Below, piece by piece: positions 15,973-26,058 of a stretch of DNA of 38,562 bases (position 1 is its first letter; the number at the start of each line of letters is the position of its first letter). The stretch covers positions 1-38,562 of the IMG/VR virus record IMGVR_UViG_3300035135_000708; one strand, given 5' to 3'. The stretch is from a virus (Duplodnaviria; Caudoviricetes). Below the pieces are notes generated by a model that was not told where the DNA came from, did no database searches, and worked only from the letters and a program-made list of their open reading frames with translations. Both the position numbers and the translations under genes were made by a program.

Positions 15973-18900
15973 TAGTAAGAAGCAACAGCACGAATATCTT
16001 GAATCTTAGGAACAAACGCAGGATCAACTCCTTTCATGACAATCTTGATAGCAAAGGAAGAAAACTCAGGAAGATCAGATACACTGTACTTAATATCTTG
16101 ATAAGAGGATTGTTTTTCTAGAACCGCAGAAATAGTATTTTCTGGAGTAGCAATTTCTAATGAGTCTGGTTGACCATTATCATTGAAATAAATCCAATTA
16201 ATATCATCAAAGTTTTCTTGACTAGATGCTCTCTTAAATTTGTATAGAACTTCAACATCTTTGATGTCTTTTGAATTCACAGTTAAATTAACATCAATTG
16301 CTGTCCCTGGATTATTAATAGCAACTTCTTTAGTAACATATTTTGCTACAGAAGAACTATTCTTAGATGTGTTGTCGGAAACATATGTGATACCATTCGC
16401 ATATTCGATTGATTTAATTTCTAAGAATCTTGCTTGGTCATCTTCTTGATCTGGATACTTAAGGAAGTCTCCTACTCTAAAGATATCGGCAAGTTGATCA
16501 TTAACTACCGAGTTTCTGTTGAATACGGCATTGTCGATAATTCTTCCAGTAAAATCATCCAATAGAGGTTGAGTATCATTTCTAACATCCAACTGTTGAG
16601 TCTTATCATCCCAAATTACTGCACTTCCTGTGATGATATTATCATAGGTTTCTAAAATAGTTGATGGGTTTCTAGCAACCATTGTTGCTGAATCTGGAAT
16701 ACTAACAAAGATCTCGATTGGATTTGTATCAACCTTAGCGGCTGGTACAACTACCCCACCCTCTGTCTCGGTTAAAGTTGGTTGATTTCCTAATGCTACT
16801 CGCTCACCTCTCTTAAAGAATTGAGAAGTTTTTAATCTCACCCATACTGTTGTTCCATCAACTTTAGCAATAGTTCCAACTGCTTTTGAAGTATAACCTT
16901 CGATAGATTGATTATCTTGAATTTGTGTACCGCCAGTGTTTCCAAGATTAAACTTGTAAATTGGGAAGAATTTAATGATTTGATCTCTTCTTCCATATCT
17001 GTCTTCTTGTCCAGAAGCAGATTCAATTCTATTAGAAACAGTCTTGACACTTGCTGTAGAAAGATCAACTACAGGTGATAGATATGAAACTGTAGAAGAA
17101 AGTGATAATTTATAAGTCAGTGATGTAACAGAATTCAAAGTCTCATTAATATCAGAAGCAATAAACTTTTGATTAGTAAAGAAGTGTGGTTCATTCAGGA
17201 ATGTTCTTTCATATGGACTTTGTGAATATGAAGTATAGTTTGTTGTATTAGAATCTACAGGAATAACATTAGTTGTCTTAACCATAGATTCTAACTTAGT
17301 GCCAGTAAATGACAGGTATTGAATCTGTGGATATAAAGTTTCATACTTTCTATTGTAAGTAGCATATACTACTTCACCACCACCTTCAATATTACCAGAA
17401 GCAGCTACGGAAGAAGTAATGTTGTATGTGTCAATTCCGCTATTGGTAACTTGGAACAGAGTGCTGTTAAGAACATCTGCCGTAACACCACCTGTCTCTA
17501 GTGCTCCTTTGTAGAAAACATATGATAGACCAGAGGTTTCAAATCCATTATCTCTATGAGATACCTCAACAATGTTATTGTTATTTCTGAACAATTTAGA
17601 TGTTGCGTTGGTATTCGCTGTAGCATTGGTGGTAAATGGATTCTTTTGAAGCAACTCATATCCAAGAGACTCGTTAGTCAATAAGAGTTCTGCAGTCTTG
17701 CTAATATCAAATTCTGCTCTGTATAGTGAGAACTTGATATCTTCAAAAATATCCTCAGTCCAAGTATCTACATTCTGTGATCTATACACAGAACCAAGAG
17801 AGGGTTGTGTAGTAATGACAGTGCTAGTAGCAACATCAACTTCACCCAATCTAGATACCCATAGTTCATAATCAGTTGAATCAGTTTCAACTGCCATAGC
17901 ATATTCTGTATCATTCTGTAGATATACAGGATGATCAAACTCAAAGTGAGTTGGAACGGTAGAGTCTGTCAGACCCTCTTGATCGACCGCTACACCCATT
18001 CTAATTGCTGGACTATCGATCTCTATCTCGGTCTCAATTACACATCCTCCAGCACCGTTACCGATGCCTTTGATGACTACTGAAGGTGGTTCTGTATATC
18101 CAAATCCATTCAGACTAATTTCTGTATTGTAGATTTTACCATCAGAAACTTCCACACCAGCAGTAGCAACGGATCCACCAGGAAGTTGTGGACTTTCAAT
18201 AGTTAAAATAGCATTGGTGTAATTTTGTCCAGGGTTGGTAATTCTAATTCCAGAAACTTTTCCACTATCTTTAGCAATAGTTAGAACACCAGATTCACCT
18301 TCGGTATTGTTTCTAAGAGTTACTGATGGAACCGATAACGTTTCATTTTGATTAAAGGAACGACCATTGTGATTACTGAGAACCATGGTATATACCTGCT
18401 CATTAGTCAACAGGAATCTTCCCGATGCTGATGGTACTAAATCAACACCATTTTTATCAATAATCTTTTCAATAGGACCAGTAGCAGCAGAAGTTGTTCC
18501 AGTTACTTTTTCACCCCTGGTAACATATACGTTTGCGTTAGTGAAGAACTTAATATATGTTGCTGGTGATAATACTTTTTCAGTACCAGGAATAATATTT
18601 TTGCCAGGTTTATCTGATTCAACATTAGTCAAGTAAACCTTAACAGGAACTTTATTACTCTTGGCACCAAAATATAAATCAATGCCAGTAGTGAAAACTC
18701 CGCCATCATAGTTCTCAATCTTAAAAGTTTGAGCAAGAGGATTTGGTCTCACTGGATTGTCAGTATTGCTATCAACAAACTGTACACCCTCATTCGCTTT
18801 AAAGAATGATGGTTTTGTTGAGATAATACTTACGGGGTTTTCTGGTAAAATACCAGTAGCATAATATTTAACTTCTGCATAAGTGTCTACAGATAACTTA

Positions 18901-21900
18901 TCAGCATCAGTAGCACTGGATGTAAATCTAAAGGTTTTTACTCCAGTAGTTACTCTTACTTCCTCAGAGTTTGGATCGTAGTCAACAGTATCTACATCTC
19001 CACCCCATGTAGCATTTTGTCTAGGAGCAAATCCTGCAGGTAAAAGGATAAGACCACTAGCATTACCATCATCATCTGTAGTAATTGTTCCATTGAATGC
19101 CGACAGAGAATTACCAGCAACTCCAGTAAATCTAAGATCTGGGTTGACCCATCTACTAATATCTCTTCCTTCTAAGAACACAGAGATTCTAGTATTTGGT
19201 TTTAGTCTTCTAACTACAAATTTTACTGGTTGACTTCTAGCAAAGAATTGAATACCATTAGATACTACGTTTCCTCTTACTGTAGAAGATTGAACTCCTT
19301 TAGCAACATCATTATTTTGTGGACTAATATTTGATGAAGAAGATGTAGACGCATTACTTACAGAAGATTGAGAGTCTAGAGAATTAATCTGTCCTAATGA
19401 GTTAATAGATGTAAATGATGGGGAAGAACCAACCCAGTTAACAACAAAAGAATTGAAGAGACTTGAAAAACTTTCTCTTACATCTTGCTTAGCAATGAAG
19501 ATCTTATAAAGATCTGTATTAGTATCTACAACTAATGGTTCTACTGATTGATCATACCATTGATCAATGCTTGGTGATAACGCAGCATCACCAACATATT
19601 GAAGAACTACAAATGGATTTGGATTTAGTGTCTTAGAAGCAAAACTATTTCCTAGGAGATTTAAACTACTAAATGGCAGAGTAATAATATCACCAGATTT
19701 TTTATATCCAGAAACAAATCTCTGATCTTCTCTCTTATTAACTTCTTTTAGTAAAAGTGAATCTTCTTTGGACTGTGGACGCAATACAGATTGCTGTGAG
19801 TCAATAGAACATTGGTAATCCAATGATACTAGGTTACCAGATCTATGTGCCTCGAAATTGTCAACTAAGAAACCAGATTTAAATCTGTCTAAACCAATCT
19901 CATCTTTTACTTGCATATTAAGAGCTTGTTGCTCTAGAATACTAAGCGTGGTATAATACTCAAGGCGTTCAATACGCTTCTCTAGTTTACCGATATCACG
20001 CATTGTATAACGGCGATTATCTACAGATGTAATTCTTACATCTTTACTAGTCTGCGTATAAGCAGGAATATAAGCATAGAACAGTGGAATAGCATCATCA
20101 ATAGGATCTGGTTTGGTTGGATTCAATGAAGAATTTCCTTCTTTAACAATAAAGTTTCCATTCTTGTTTAAGAAGATACCATCAATTCTATCAAGATATT
20201 GTACTTGACTGAATGACATCGTATACTCTAAGTTAAGGTCTGGAGCTGGAGTAGCAGCAATGACAGATCCAGCACCAGCAAAATTACCGATAGTATTTGA
20301 TAATGAAGATGTATCTTGGAATCCAGCAATAGTTGTGGTAGAATCTACTTTTGGTCTAAAATCTAATACATTTTTTAGACTTACAATACCATATACAGCA
20401 GAGTTAAATGATGGAATAAGATCTTCTGTTACTCCTGCTTCATGTAGATAACTATCAATTGTACAGAAATCTCCTTGAGATTGCTCGAAGTAATCAAAAG
20501 CAATTACTAACTGTCCAGTAGTTTGCTCTTTTCCTGGTTTTAATACAATTCTAGAAACATCATATACAGTGTCTCTTTGTCCATTGTCGAAAGTAAATCT
20601 GTCAGTTACATCTGTTCCTGAAATTAGATTTCCAGAAGTATCTACCGATGGTGGTTGTGTGGCACTTCCCTCATATACGTATCTCAATCTGTAAGCATCG
20701 GAGTATGAAATAGTTTCTACTACATCACTATCGTAATCAGTTCCTCTAAATGGAATTACACGATCTCCAGAAGAAGTAACAACAATTCTCTTATTCTCAA
20801 TAGAAGTTTTTAGTCTGGGTTTAGCGTTTAGAACTTCTAAAGTTGCTGTTAGTTTTAATTTGGGGAACGTTCCATTTGTTGGAATAATTCCAAAGTATGT
20901 TGATGATAGATTCAAACTAATACTACCAGAAGTCAATCCACTAGCAGTATCCGTTGAAGATGAAATTACTACATTATCTTTATCAATATAAATGATATCA
21001 CCTTTAGCGATGTTTGGAGCATCACCAGGATCTAGAACAGTAATAATGTAATTTTCCTCATTGAAAGTAGCAAATCTTTGAGTTCCAAATGGTAACTGAG
21101 CAGCAAATGTAATTGTACCACCTGATGTAGATGCTGTGGTTACAAAGTCTCTACGGAAGAAATATTTAATTTTTGTTTCTTCTGGAGTATCAGCTACTTT
21201 TTTAATTTGACTACTTCCTGTTGGGAACAAGAGAGTTCCCTGACTTGAATTATCAACTCTAGGACGTAATCTAACGATACTAGTATTAGTAACATTACCA
21301 GGCAAGACAGTATCTAGATATACTCTAGATTTGGAAGATCCCTGTTTAACAGTAGCATATTGTACAACAGCACGAACAAGATTGTTATCTTGATCCGAGA
21401 ATTGAACAACATCACCTTGCTGTAAGATAAGACTTGCATCAGCACTGAAACTAGTGGATTCAATGAAGTTATATCCTTTAGATCCAAAGAAAGTAAAATC
21501 AGTAACAGATTTAATTTCTGCAAATGCTTGATCATCTGTTACTAGATCAGCAGTAAAGATGTTAGCATTTCCAGAACCATATTGTGCTGATACAGATTTT
21601 ACATTCTGAGGGTTATATGTAGTTACGGCATTTCTAACCAACACTGGTAAAATAACAGCAGTAATGCTAGGATTAGCAGCTCCGTCTGGTTGTTTAACAC
21701 TTACCGATGGTGGTTGTGCATATTCTACAGAAAGCGCAGATTTGTTATTAATTTGTACAGAATAGAAAGAACCATTTGTCAAACGAATAGCTTCCGCTGC
21801 TGCAGCATCATATTCAACACCATTAATTACTAATGTTGAACCACTAGCATATCCTAGACCTCTATTTGCCACAATAAAATGTGAGATAGTATTGTCTCTA

Positions 21901-24086
21901 GCAATTCTATTTGTTACACCATCCTCATCTCTAATTGACTCTCCAGATACAAACTTTCCTGATAGAGTTTTTACGAATAAAGTTTTTCCAATGGAATATA
22001 CTCCAGAAGGTGCTCCTTCAACAACGCCATATGCGCCGCTGGTTAAACCAACAACATATTTACCAATACCAAAACTATTGTTGGTAGGAGTTGTCTCTAG
22101 GAGTAATTTTGTAAAGAACTGTGGGTCGAAGTATGACAGTCCGAAGGTAGCATTATATGTGTCTCCACCACCTGCTAATTTGCCTTTAGATAGAACAATA
22201 TCAGAATCCGAATTAAATCCAAGACCTCTTTCTTTTAGGAAGAAGTTGCTTGGTTTTGCTCTACCAATTAATGGAGTAATAGTTTCACTATAATCAACAA
22301 TAAATCCTAATTCATTTGAATCTGTAGCAGCATCTGCTTCAGAAAGGAAAATGTTTCTCTGATAATTAGAGTCTCCTGGATCATATTCAAGGAGAAGTAA
22401 ATCAATATCGTCTTTATCACCAACAACCGTAAGTTCTAAGAACAAGACCTGATCATTGGCATTTAGAAGAGGTTTGTTTACCTTAGCATAAGACAGTGCT
22501 TTAATTTTTCCTGTTGTAAGGGCATTTCCAGCATCATCTCTAGTTTTAATAAAATAAAGTTCTGCTAGATTAGCAAATGTAGTGTCACTAATTGATGCTA
22601 AAGTTGTAACAGTATTTGTTACATCAATAGTGATTGTTTTAATACCATCATTACTTGTAAATGTGGTTCCTCTCTTATCAAGAGTTTGTCTGTGATCTGT
22701 ATCTAGTTCTGTGCCATTTAGACCAATTGAACCATCATTGTAGGTTCCAAATAAATTGATGTATGGATAAGCAGTAAGATCTCCACCCTCTTTGTTTAAA
22801 GGCACACTTCCATAAGTGTTGGTAATATTGAAAGTTGGGAGACCCTTTGTCTTTAAAGTAATATTGTCACTTGAGAGTGATTCTCTTGCCTTATTAATTT
22901 CGAGATACTTTGTTTCTTTATTGACAATTTCATATCCTCTGATATATGCTTTGCCTGGTCCAATACCAGCAAGCATTTTTCTACTTGCTTCAGATTCTGT
23001 CAGACCATTGTATAGATCAAACTCATCGGTTTTGTAGACTCCACCATTACCATCTTTCTGTGCATATTCTCGAATGTCTACAGAGAAATCATTTACAATG
23101 TAATCTCCACTCTCATCAAAAGTTCTTCTAGCAAGAGTCTGTTCAATAAGACTGTAGTTTGTAGGAGATACTTTCTTTTGTACCGAACCTTTATATACTG
23201 TAAGAAGTTGAATAAAGTTCTTATCAGTTGTTTCTGACAATTCAAACTTCTTAATTGTCAGACTAATTCTCAGTCTATGTGCTCCAGGAGCAGAATAGTT
23301 TGAAGATCCAATAGAGTTATCGTATAAAGAAGCATCTTCTTCTGGTGTTACGATATCTTCTTTAATAGTAAATCCAACTTTTGCTGATGGATTATTGTAG
23401 TAATCATCAATTACTAATAGTTGCTTATCATTACGGACAAAATATCCATTAACAAAGTAAATACCTTCTTCTACTTTTACAGCAGAAGCATATCCCATAG
23501 CAGGACTTTCTAGAGATGTAACTTCTCCTGTGTCGGGATTCTTGACTTGAATGCTAGTTGGCAGAACACTACCATCGGTTCCAACAACTAAAAGAGGAGT
23601 ATTAACACCATCGACTACTTCTAGTGTCTCGCCTTGACGGAAAGTAGTATCTAGGTTAGAATCACCACTGCTAAGATAGTTAACATATACTGTATCCGCA
23701 GTTGATTCTGTCGCTAGTTTTGTTTCCAAAACAGTAGCAACAACACCAGAACTTAAACCTCTAATTTCTAATCCAATAAGTTGACTGATATCATATTTTT
23801 TATATACGATATCATCTCCCTCTGAGACAGCAACCTCAGATACTGAAGATAACTTAACGTAATCTAATTTTGTATTAAGACCAACTTCCCCAGGAACAAC
23901 TAAGTCTCCCTGTTTGAAAGCATATTTACCGAAGGACTCAACCTGATTCTGGAGAATAGATTGAATCTGCGTTAATTCTCTACCTTGAATAGAGTACCCA
24001 GGACGGAATAGAATCTTATAAAAATTCTTACTCGCGTCAAAGTCCTCATAGTAAGGATTTACATTTAAGTTAGTCTTTTGTGGCAT
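15972..24086 (-). CDS. VrlC-like / DUF4815-type large baseplate-associated virion protein (2704 aa)
   Basis: Characteristic start TNLNVNPYYEDFD...ILFRPG..IQGRELTQIQSILQNQ, plus APGAHRLRI, LARRTFDESGDY, RRYTMRDIGKLEKRIERLEYYT, RFKSGFLVDNF, PLAQTF and C-terminal PKIQDIRAVA. Usual position after gp8. Confidence 0.85.
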   Translation of the reverse strand: MPQKTNLNVNPYYEDFDASKNFYKILFRPGYSIQGRELTQIQSILQNQVESFGKYAFKQGDLVVPGEVGLNTKLDYVKLSSVSEVAVSEGDDIVYKKYDISQLIGLEIRGLSSGVVATVLETKLATESTADTVYVNYLSSGDSNLDTTFRQGETLEVVDGVNTPLLVVGTDGSVLPTSIQVKNPDTGEVTSLESPAMGYASAVKVEEGIYFVNGYFVRNDKQLLVIDDYYNNPSAKVGFTIKEDIVTPEEDASLYDNSIGSSNYSAPGAHRLRISLTIKKFELSETTDKNFIQLLTVYKGSVQKKVSPTNYSLIEQTLARRTFDESGDYIVNDFSVDIREYAQKDGNGGVYKTDEFDLYNGLTESEASRKMLAGIGPGKAYIRGYEIVNKETKYLEINKARESLSSDNITLKTKGLPTFNITNTYGSVPLNKEGGDLTAYPYINLFGTYNDGSIGLNGTELDTDHRQTLDKRGTTFTSNDGIKTITIDVTNTVTTLASISDTTFANLAELYFIKTRDDAGNALTTGKIKALSYAKVNKPLLNANDQVLFLELTVVGDKDDIDLLLLEYDPGDSNYQRNIFLSEADAATDSNELGFIVDYSETITPLIGRAKPSNFFLKERGLGFNSDSDIVLSKGKLAGGGDTYNATFGLSYFDPQFFTKLLLETTPTNNSFGIGKYVVGLTSGAYGVVEGAPSGVYSIGKTLFVKTLSGKFVSGESIRDEDGVTNRIARDNTISHFIVANRGLGYASGSTLVINGVEYDAAAAEAIRLTNGSFYSVQINNKSALSVEYAQPPSVSVKQPDGAANPSITAVILPVLVRNAVTTYNPQNVKSVSAQYGSGNANIFTADLVTDDQAFAEIKSVTDFTFFGSKGYNFIESTSFSADASLILQQGDVVQFSDQDNNLVRAVVQYATVKQGSSKSRVYLDTVLPGNVTNTSIVRLRPRVDNSSQGTLLFPTGSSQIKKVADTPEETKIKYFFRRDFVTTASTSGGTITFAAQLPFGTQRFATFNEENYIITVLDPGDAPNIAKGDIIYIDKDNVVISSSTDTASGLTSGSISLNLSSTYFGIIPTNGTFPKLKLTATLEVLNAKPRLKTSIENKRIVVTSSGDRVIPFRGTDYDSDVVETISYSDAYRLRYVYEGSATQPPSVDTSGNLISGTDVTDRFTFDNGQRDTVYDVSRIVLKPGKEQTTGQLVIAFDYFEQSQGDFCTIDSYLHEAGVTEDLIPSFNSAVYGIVSLKNVLDFRPKVDSTTTIAGFQDTSSLSNTIGNFAGAGSVIAATPAPDLNLEYTMSFSQVQYLDRIDGIFLNKNGNFIVKEGNSSLNPTKPDPIDDAIPLFYAYIPAYTQTSKDVRITSVDNRRYTMRDIGKLEKRIERLEYYTTLSILEQQALNMQVKDEIGLDRFKSGFLVDNFEAHRSGNLVSLDYQCSIDSQQSVLRPQSKEDSLLLKEVNKREDQRFVSGYKKSGDIITLPFSSLNLLGNSFASKTLNPNPFVVLQYVGDAALSPSIDQWYDQSVEPLVVDTNTDLYKIFIAKQDVRESFSSLFNSFVVNWVGSSPSFTSINSLGQINSLDSQSSVSNASTSSSSNISPQNNDVAKGVQSSTVRGNVVSNGIQFFARSQPVKFVVRRLKPNTRISVFLEGRDISRWVNPDLRFTGVAGNSLSAFNGTITTDDDGNASGLILLPAGFAPRQNATWGGDVDTVDYDPNSEEVRVTTGVKTFRFTSSATDADKLSVDTYAEVKYYATGILPENPVSIISTKPSFFKANEGVQFVDSNTDNPVRPNPLAQTFKIENYDGGVFTTGIDLYFGAKSNKVPVKVYLTNVESDKPGKNIIPGTEKVLSPATYIKFFTNANVYVTRGEKVTGTTSAATGPIEKIIDKNGVDLVPSASGRFLLTNEQVYTMVLSNHNGRSFNQNETLSVPSVTLRNNTEGESGVLTIAKDSGKVSGIRITNPGQNYTNAILTIESPQLPGGSVATAGVEVSDGKIYNTEISLNGFGYTEPPSVVIKGIGNGAGGCVIETEIEIDSPAIRMGVAVDQEGLTDSTVPTHFEFDHPVYLQNDTEYAMAVETDSTDYELWVSRLGEVDVATSTVITTQPSLGSVYRSQNVDTWTEDIFEDIKFSLYRAEFDISKTAELLLTNESLGYELLQKNPFTTNATANTNATSKLFRNNNNIVEVSHRDNGFETSGLSYVFYKGALETGGVTADVLNSTLFQVTNSGIDTYNITSSVAASGNIEGGGEVVYATYNRKYETLYPQIQYLSFTGTKLESMVKTTNVIPVDSNTTNYTSYSQSPYERTFLNEPHFFTNQKFIASDINETLNSVTSLTYKLSLSSTVSYLSPVVDLSTASVKTVSNRIESASGQEDRYGRRDQIIKFFPIYKFNLGNTGGTQIQDNQSIEGYTSKAVGTIAKVDGTTVWVRLKTSQFFKRGERVALGNQPTLTETEGGVVVPAAKVDTNPIEIFVSIPDSATMVARNPSTILETYDNIITGSAVIWDDKTQQLDVRNDTQPLLDDFTGRIIDNAVFNRNSVVNDQLADIFRVGDFLKYPDQEDDQARFLEIKSIEYANGITYVSDNTSKNSSSVAKYVTKEVAINNPGTAIDVNLTVNSKDIKDVEVLYKFKRASSQENFDDINWIYFNDNGQPDSLEIATPENTISAVLEKQSSYQDIKYSVSDLPEFSSFAIKIVMKGVDPAFVPKIQDIRAVASY

Positions 24087-24122
24087 CGTTTTCCGCCAAA
24101 TACTAGCATTCTTTGTCCTTAG

Positions 24123-24130
24123 TATTTATA
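24123..24130 (-). promoter_or_regulatory. T4-type late promoter TATAAATA for the VrlC-like gene
   Basis: Perfect match, intergenic, just downstream of the terminator and 36 nt upstream of the ATG at 24086. Confidence 0.88.
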
Positions 24131-24135
24131 GAGAT

Positions 24136-24163
24136 AAAAAAAATCCCCCGATCTCTCGGGGGA
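24136..24163 (-). terminator. Rho-independent terminator after gp8
   Basis: Minus strand TCCCCCGA-GAGA-TCGGGGGA-TTTTTTTT: perfect 8 bp stem, GNRA tetraloop, U8 tail, 20 nt after the gp8 stop. Confidence 0.93.
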
Positions 24164-24183
24164 CTTAATTAATCTAATTTTGA

Positions 24184-25995
24184 TCAGAATTCGATGACTA
24201 GTTTGATATCTTCAATCTGGTCAGGAGCACGAGTGATTAGACGACGGTTTTCCTGATAGATGATGTCACCAGAGTTGTTCTCAATCTCTGGAGCAGCAAG
24301 ACCAGCAGCAAAGGTTGAACCTAGTAGAGACTGAGCATAAGTAGTATCTACGTTTCCAGCAGCAGCAGACAATCCACCAGAGATTGCGTTAGATCCATTG
24401 CTTTCAAATGCTCTTACAACACCCTGATCAGTGTGAGCATCATTAGTCTGGATATACTTAAGAACACCAGCAGTTGTCGAACCACTATCGAGAGTCCAAG
24501 AAACAACAGTTCCTTTTGCAGTACCGTTGGTTACAGTCTGTGAAATTTCTTCATCAGGAATGAAATCAGCAGTTGCTCCAGTGATCTTAACTGCTTTTAA
24601 TCCGCTAAGAGTATCAGCAGTAGAGAAAGTAGTTGTACCCCAGTTGTATGGATCCTTAATAATGCCGATGCGGCGGAAGTCGTTGTCAACAGGGAAGTCA
24701 CCAGAACCCTCAGCGTAAGTTAGGCGGATGTTAGTCATCACACGCTTACCATTTAGTTCTAGTTCGTGATCATAACCATGACCACCTTGAGGAGGCATTA
24801 CAACTTCAAGAGAACCAACACCATTAGCGGGAGTAGCAACTGCGGTGGTTAAACCAGCATCAGAGAATAGGTTGCCATTGCCAAGAAGTACGTTAGCATA
24901 AGTGTAGTCTTGACCTCTTGCTTGAATAGATGCTGAAGTGATAGTTCCAGAACCATCAGTAGCAAACTCAATTACACCACCAGTTCCATCACCTTTGATG
25001 CTGGTGTATAGAGTTTGAGATGCTGGGAGGTTAGAACCACCGTCTTCAATTAGAACAACATCAATCGCACCAGCAACAGCAGCACCAGTGACAGCAGTAC
25101 GGGTGTTGTTGCTAGGAAGAACGATTGGCATGAAGTCTGAAGAAAGGAATCTTAGAACATCATCCGTTGGCATGGTATACATGTACTTCCAGATGTAACC
25201 AGCACCAGTGGTCTCAGTGTATAGACCAGTTGATGAAGCATAGTTAGCACCTGAAGTTTTTGGTTCTTCGGTTGCGTTCTGACCAGCAGGGTTAGCAACG
25301 TTCTCTCCATTGTATAGACACTTAAAGACTTCATAGTCAGAGTTCATTACATAGAACTTAGCATCAGCAATAGCGGTCTGACCTGTTGCAGTTGATTTAC
25401 CAACTTGACCACCACCAGCAGGAGTAGCAGAATAGTCAGGTTTCCACATGTCGAACTTAGGGTTCGCAACTAAATCCCAGTTGTAACGACGAATAACTGT
25501 TCTAGCAAATGAATCAGTAATACGCTTAGCAGCAATAATTTCGTCGTATACAGAAATCTTTTCTCTTTGGTTATCAAGAGGAAGGGGTGGAACGTCCTCA
25601 GTAGCATAACGGTAGACACCTGCGTTAGCAGTTGCGGACGTGTCGGAAACACCAGCGTTAGCGGTTTCTTTTAAATCTGAACCAAGAGGTGGAACTGAGT
25701 TTGTTCCGTTGCTGCCAAAAACGTCGGTGAGAAGAAGGGCACTATCATAAACAGCAGCAATTGTGGCACGGAATGCTGTTGAACCATATGTTCCAACGTA
25801 GACTTCATTGCCTACGGTAAAATTCGTAGAAGACTTAGAATAAACTTCTAGATATGCTTTCCATGGTTGGGGACGCCCAACAAAGAAATACATTCTAGTG
25901 CGCTCGGCACTCGTTTCGCTTGGTCCTTCCGTCAAGGATTCTAGGAATTGTTTCGCGTTAAAAATACGAAACTTATCAGAAATAATAGCAGCCAT
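24184..25995 (-). CDS. gp8: Baseplate wedge subunit gp8 (603 aa)
   Basis: MAAIISDKFRIFNAKQF start, FYVMNSDYEVFKCLYN, GYIWKYMYT, FMP, GGHG, DFRRIGIIKDP and C-terminal SGDIIYQENR..ITRAPDQIEDIKLVIEF, all gp8-like. Follows gp7. Confidence 0.92.
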   Translation of the reverse strand: MAAIISDKFRIFNAKQFLESLTEGPSETSAERTRMYFFVGRPQPWKAYLEVYSKSSTNFTVGNEVYVGTYGSTAFRATIAAVYDSALLLTDVFGSNGTNSVPPLGSDLKETANAGVSDTSATANAGVYRYATEDVPPLPLDNQREKISVYDEIIAAKRITDSFARTVIRRYNWDLVANPKFDMWKPDYSATPAGGGQVGKSTATGQTAIADAKFYVMNSDYEVFKCLYNGENVANPAGQNATEEPKTSGANYASSTGLYTETTGAGYIWKYMYTMPTDDVLRFLSSDFMPIVLPSNNTRTAVTGAAVAGAIDVVLIEDGGSNLPASQTLYTSIKGDGTGGVIEFATDGSGTITSASIQARGQDYTYANVLLGNGNLFSDAGLTTAVATPANGVGSLEVVMPPQGGHGYDHELELNGKRVMTNIRLTYAEGSGDFPVDNDFRRIGIIKDPYNWGTTTFSTADTLSGLKAVKITGATADFIPDEEISQTVTNGTAKGTVVSWTLDSGSTTAGVLKYIQTNDAHTDQGVVRAFESNGSNAISGGLSAAAGNVDTTYAQSLLGSTFAAGLAAPEIENNSGDIIYQENRRLITRAPDQIEDIKLVIEF

Positions 25996-26032
25996 GGGTT
26001 TCTTTATCCGACGTTGTGATTTGTGCCTGAGT

Positions 26033-26058
26033 TATTTATATTTATACCGATATTTATT
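26033..26058 (-). promoter_or_regulatory. Cluster of late promoters upstream of gp8
   Basis: Two overlapping perfect TATAAATA (26033-26040, 26039-26046) and AATAAATA (26051-26058) in the gp7-gp8 gap. Confidence 0.85.

Noticed and set aside
15972-24086. Virulence function implied by the VrlC name
   Set aside because: The name is historical, from a Dichelobacter locus. Context here indicates a virion structural protein.
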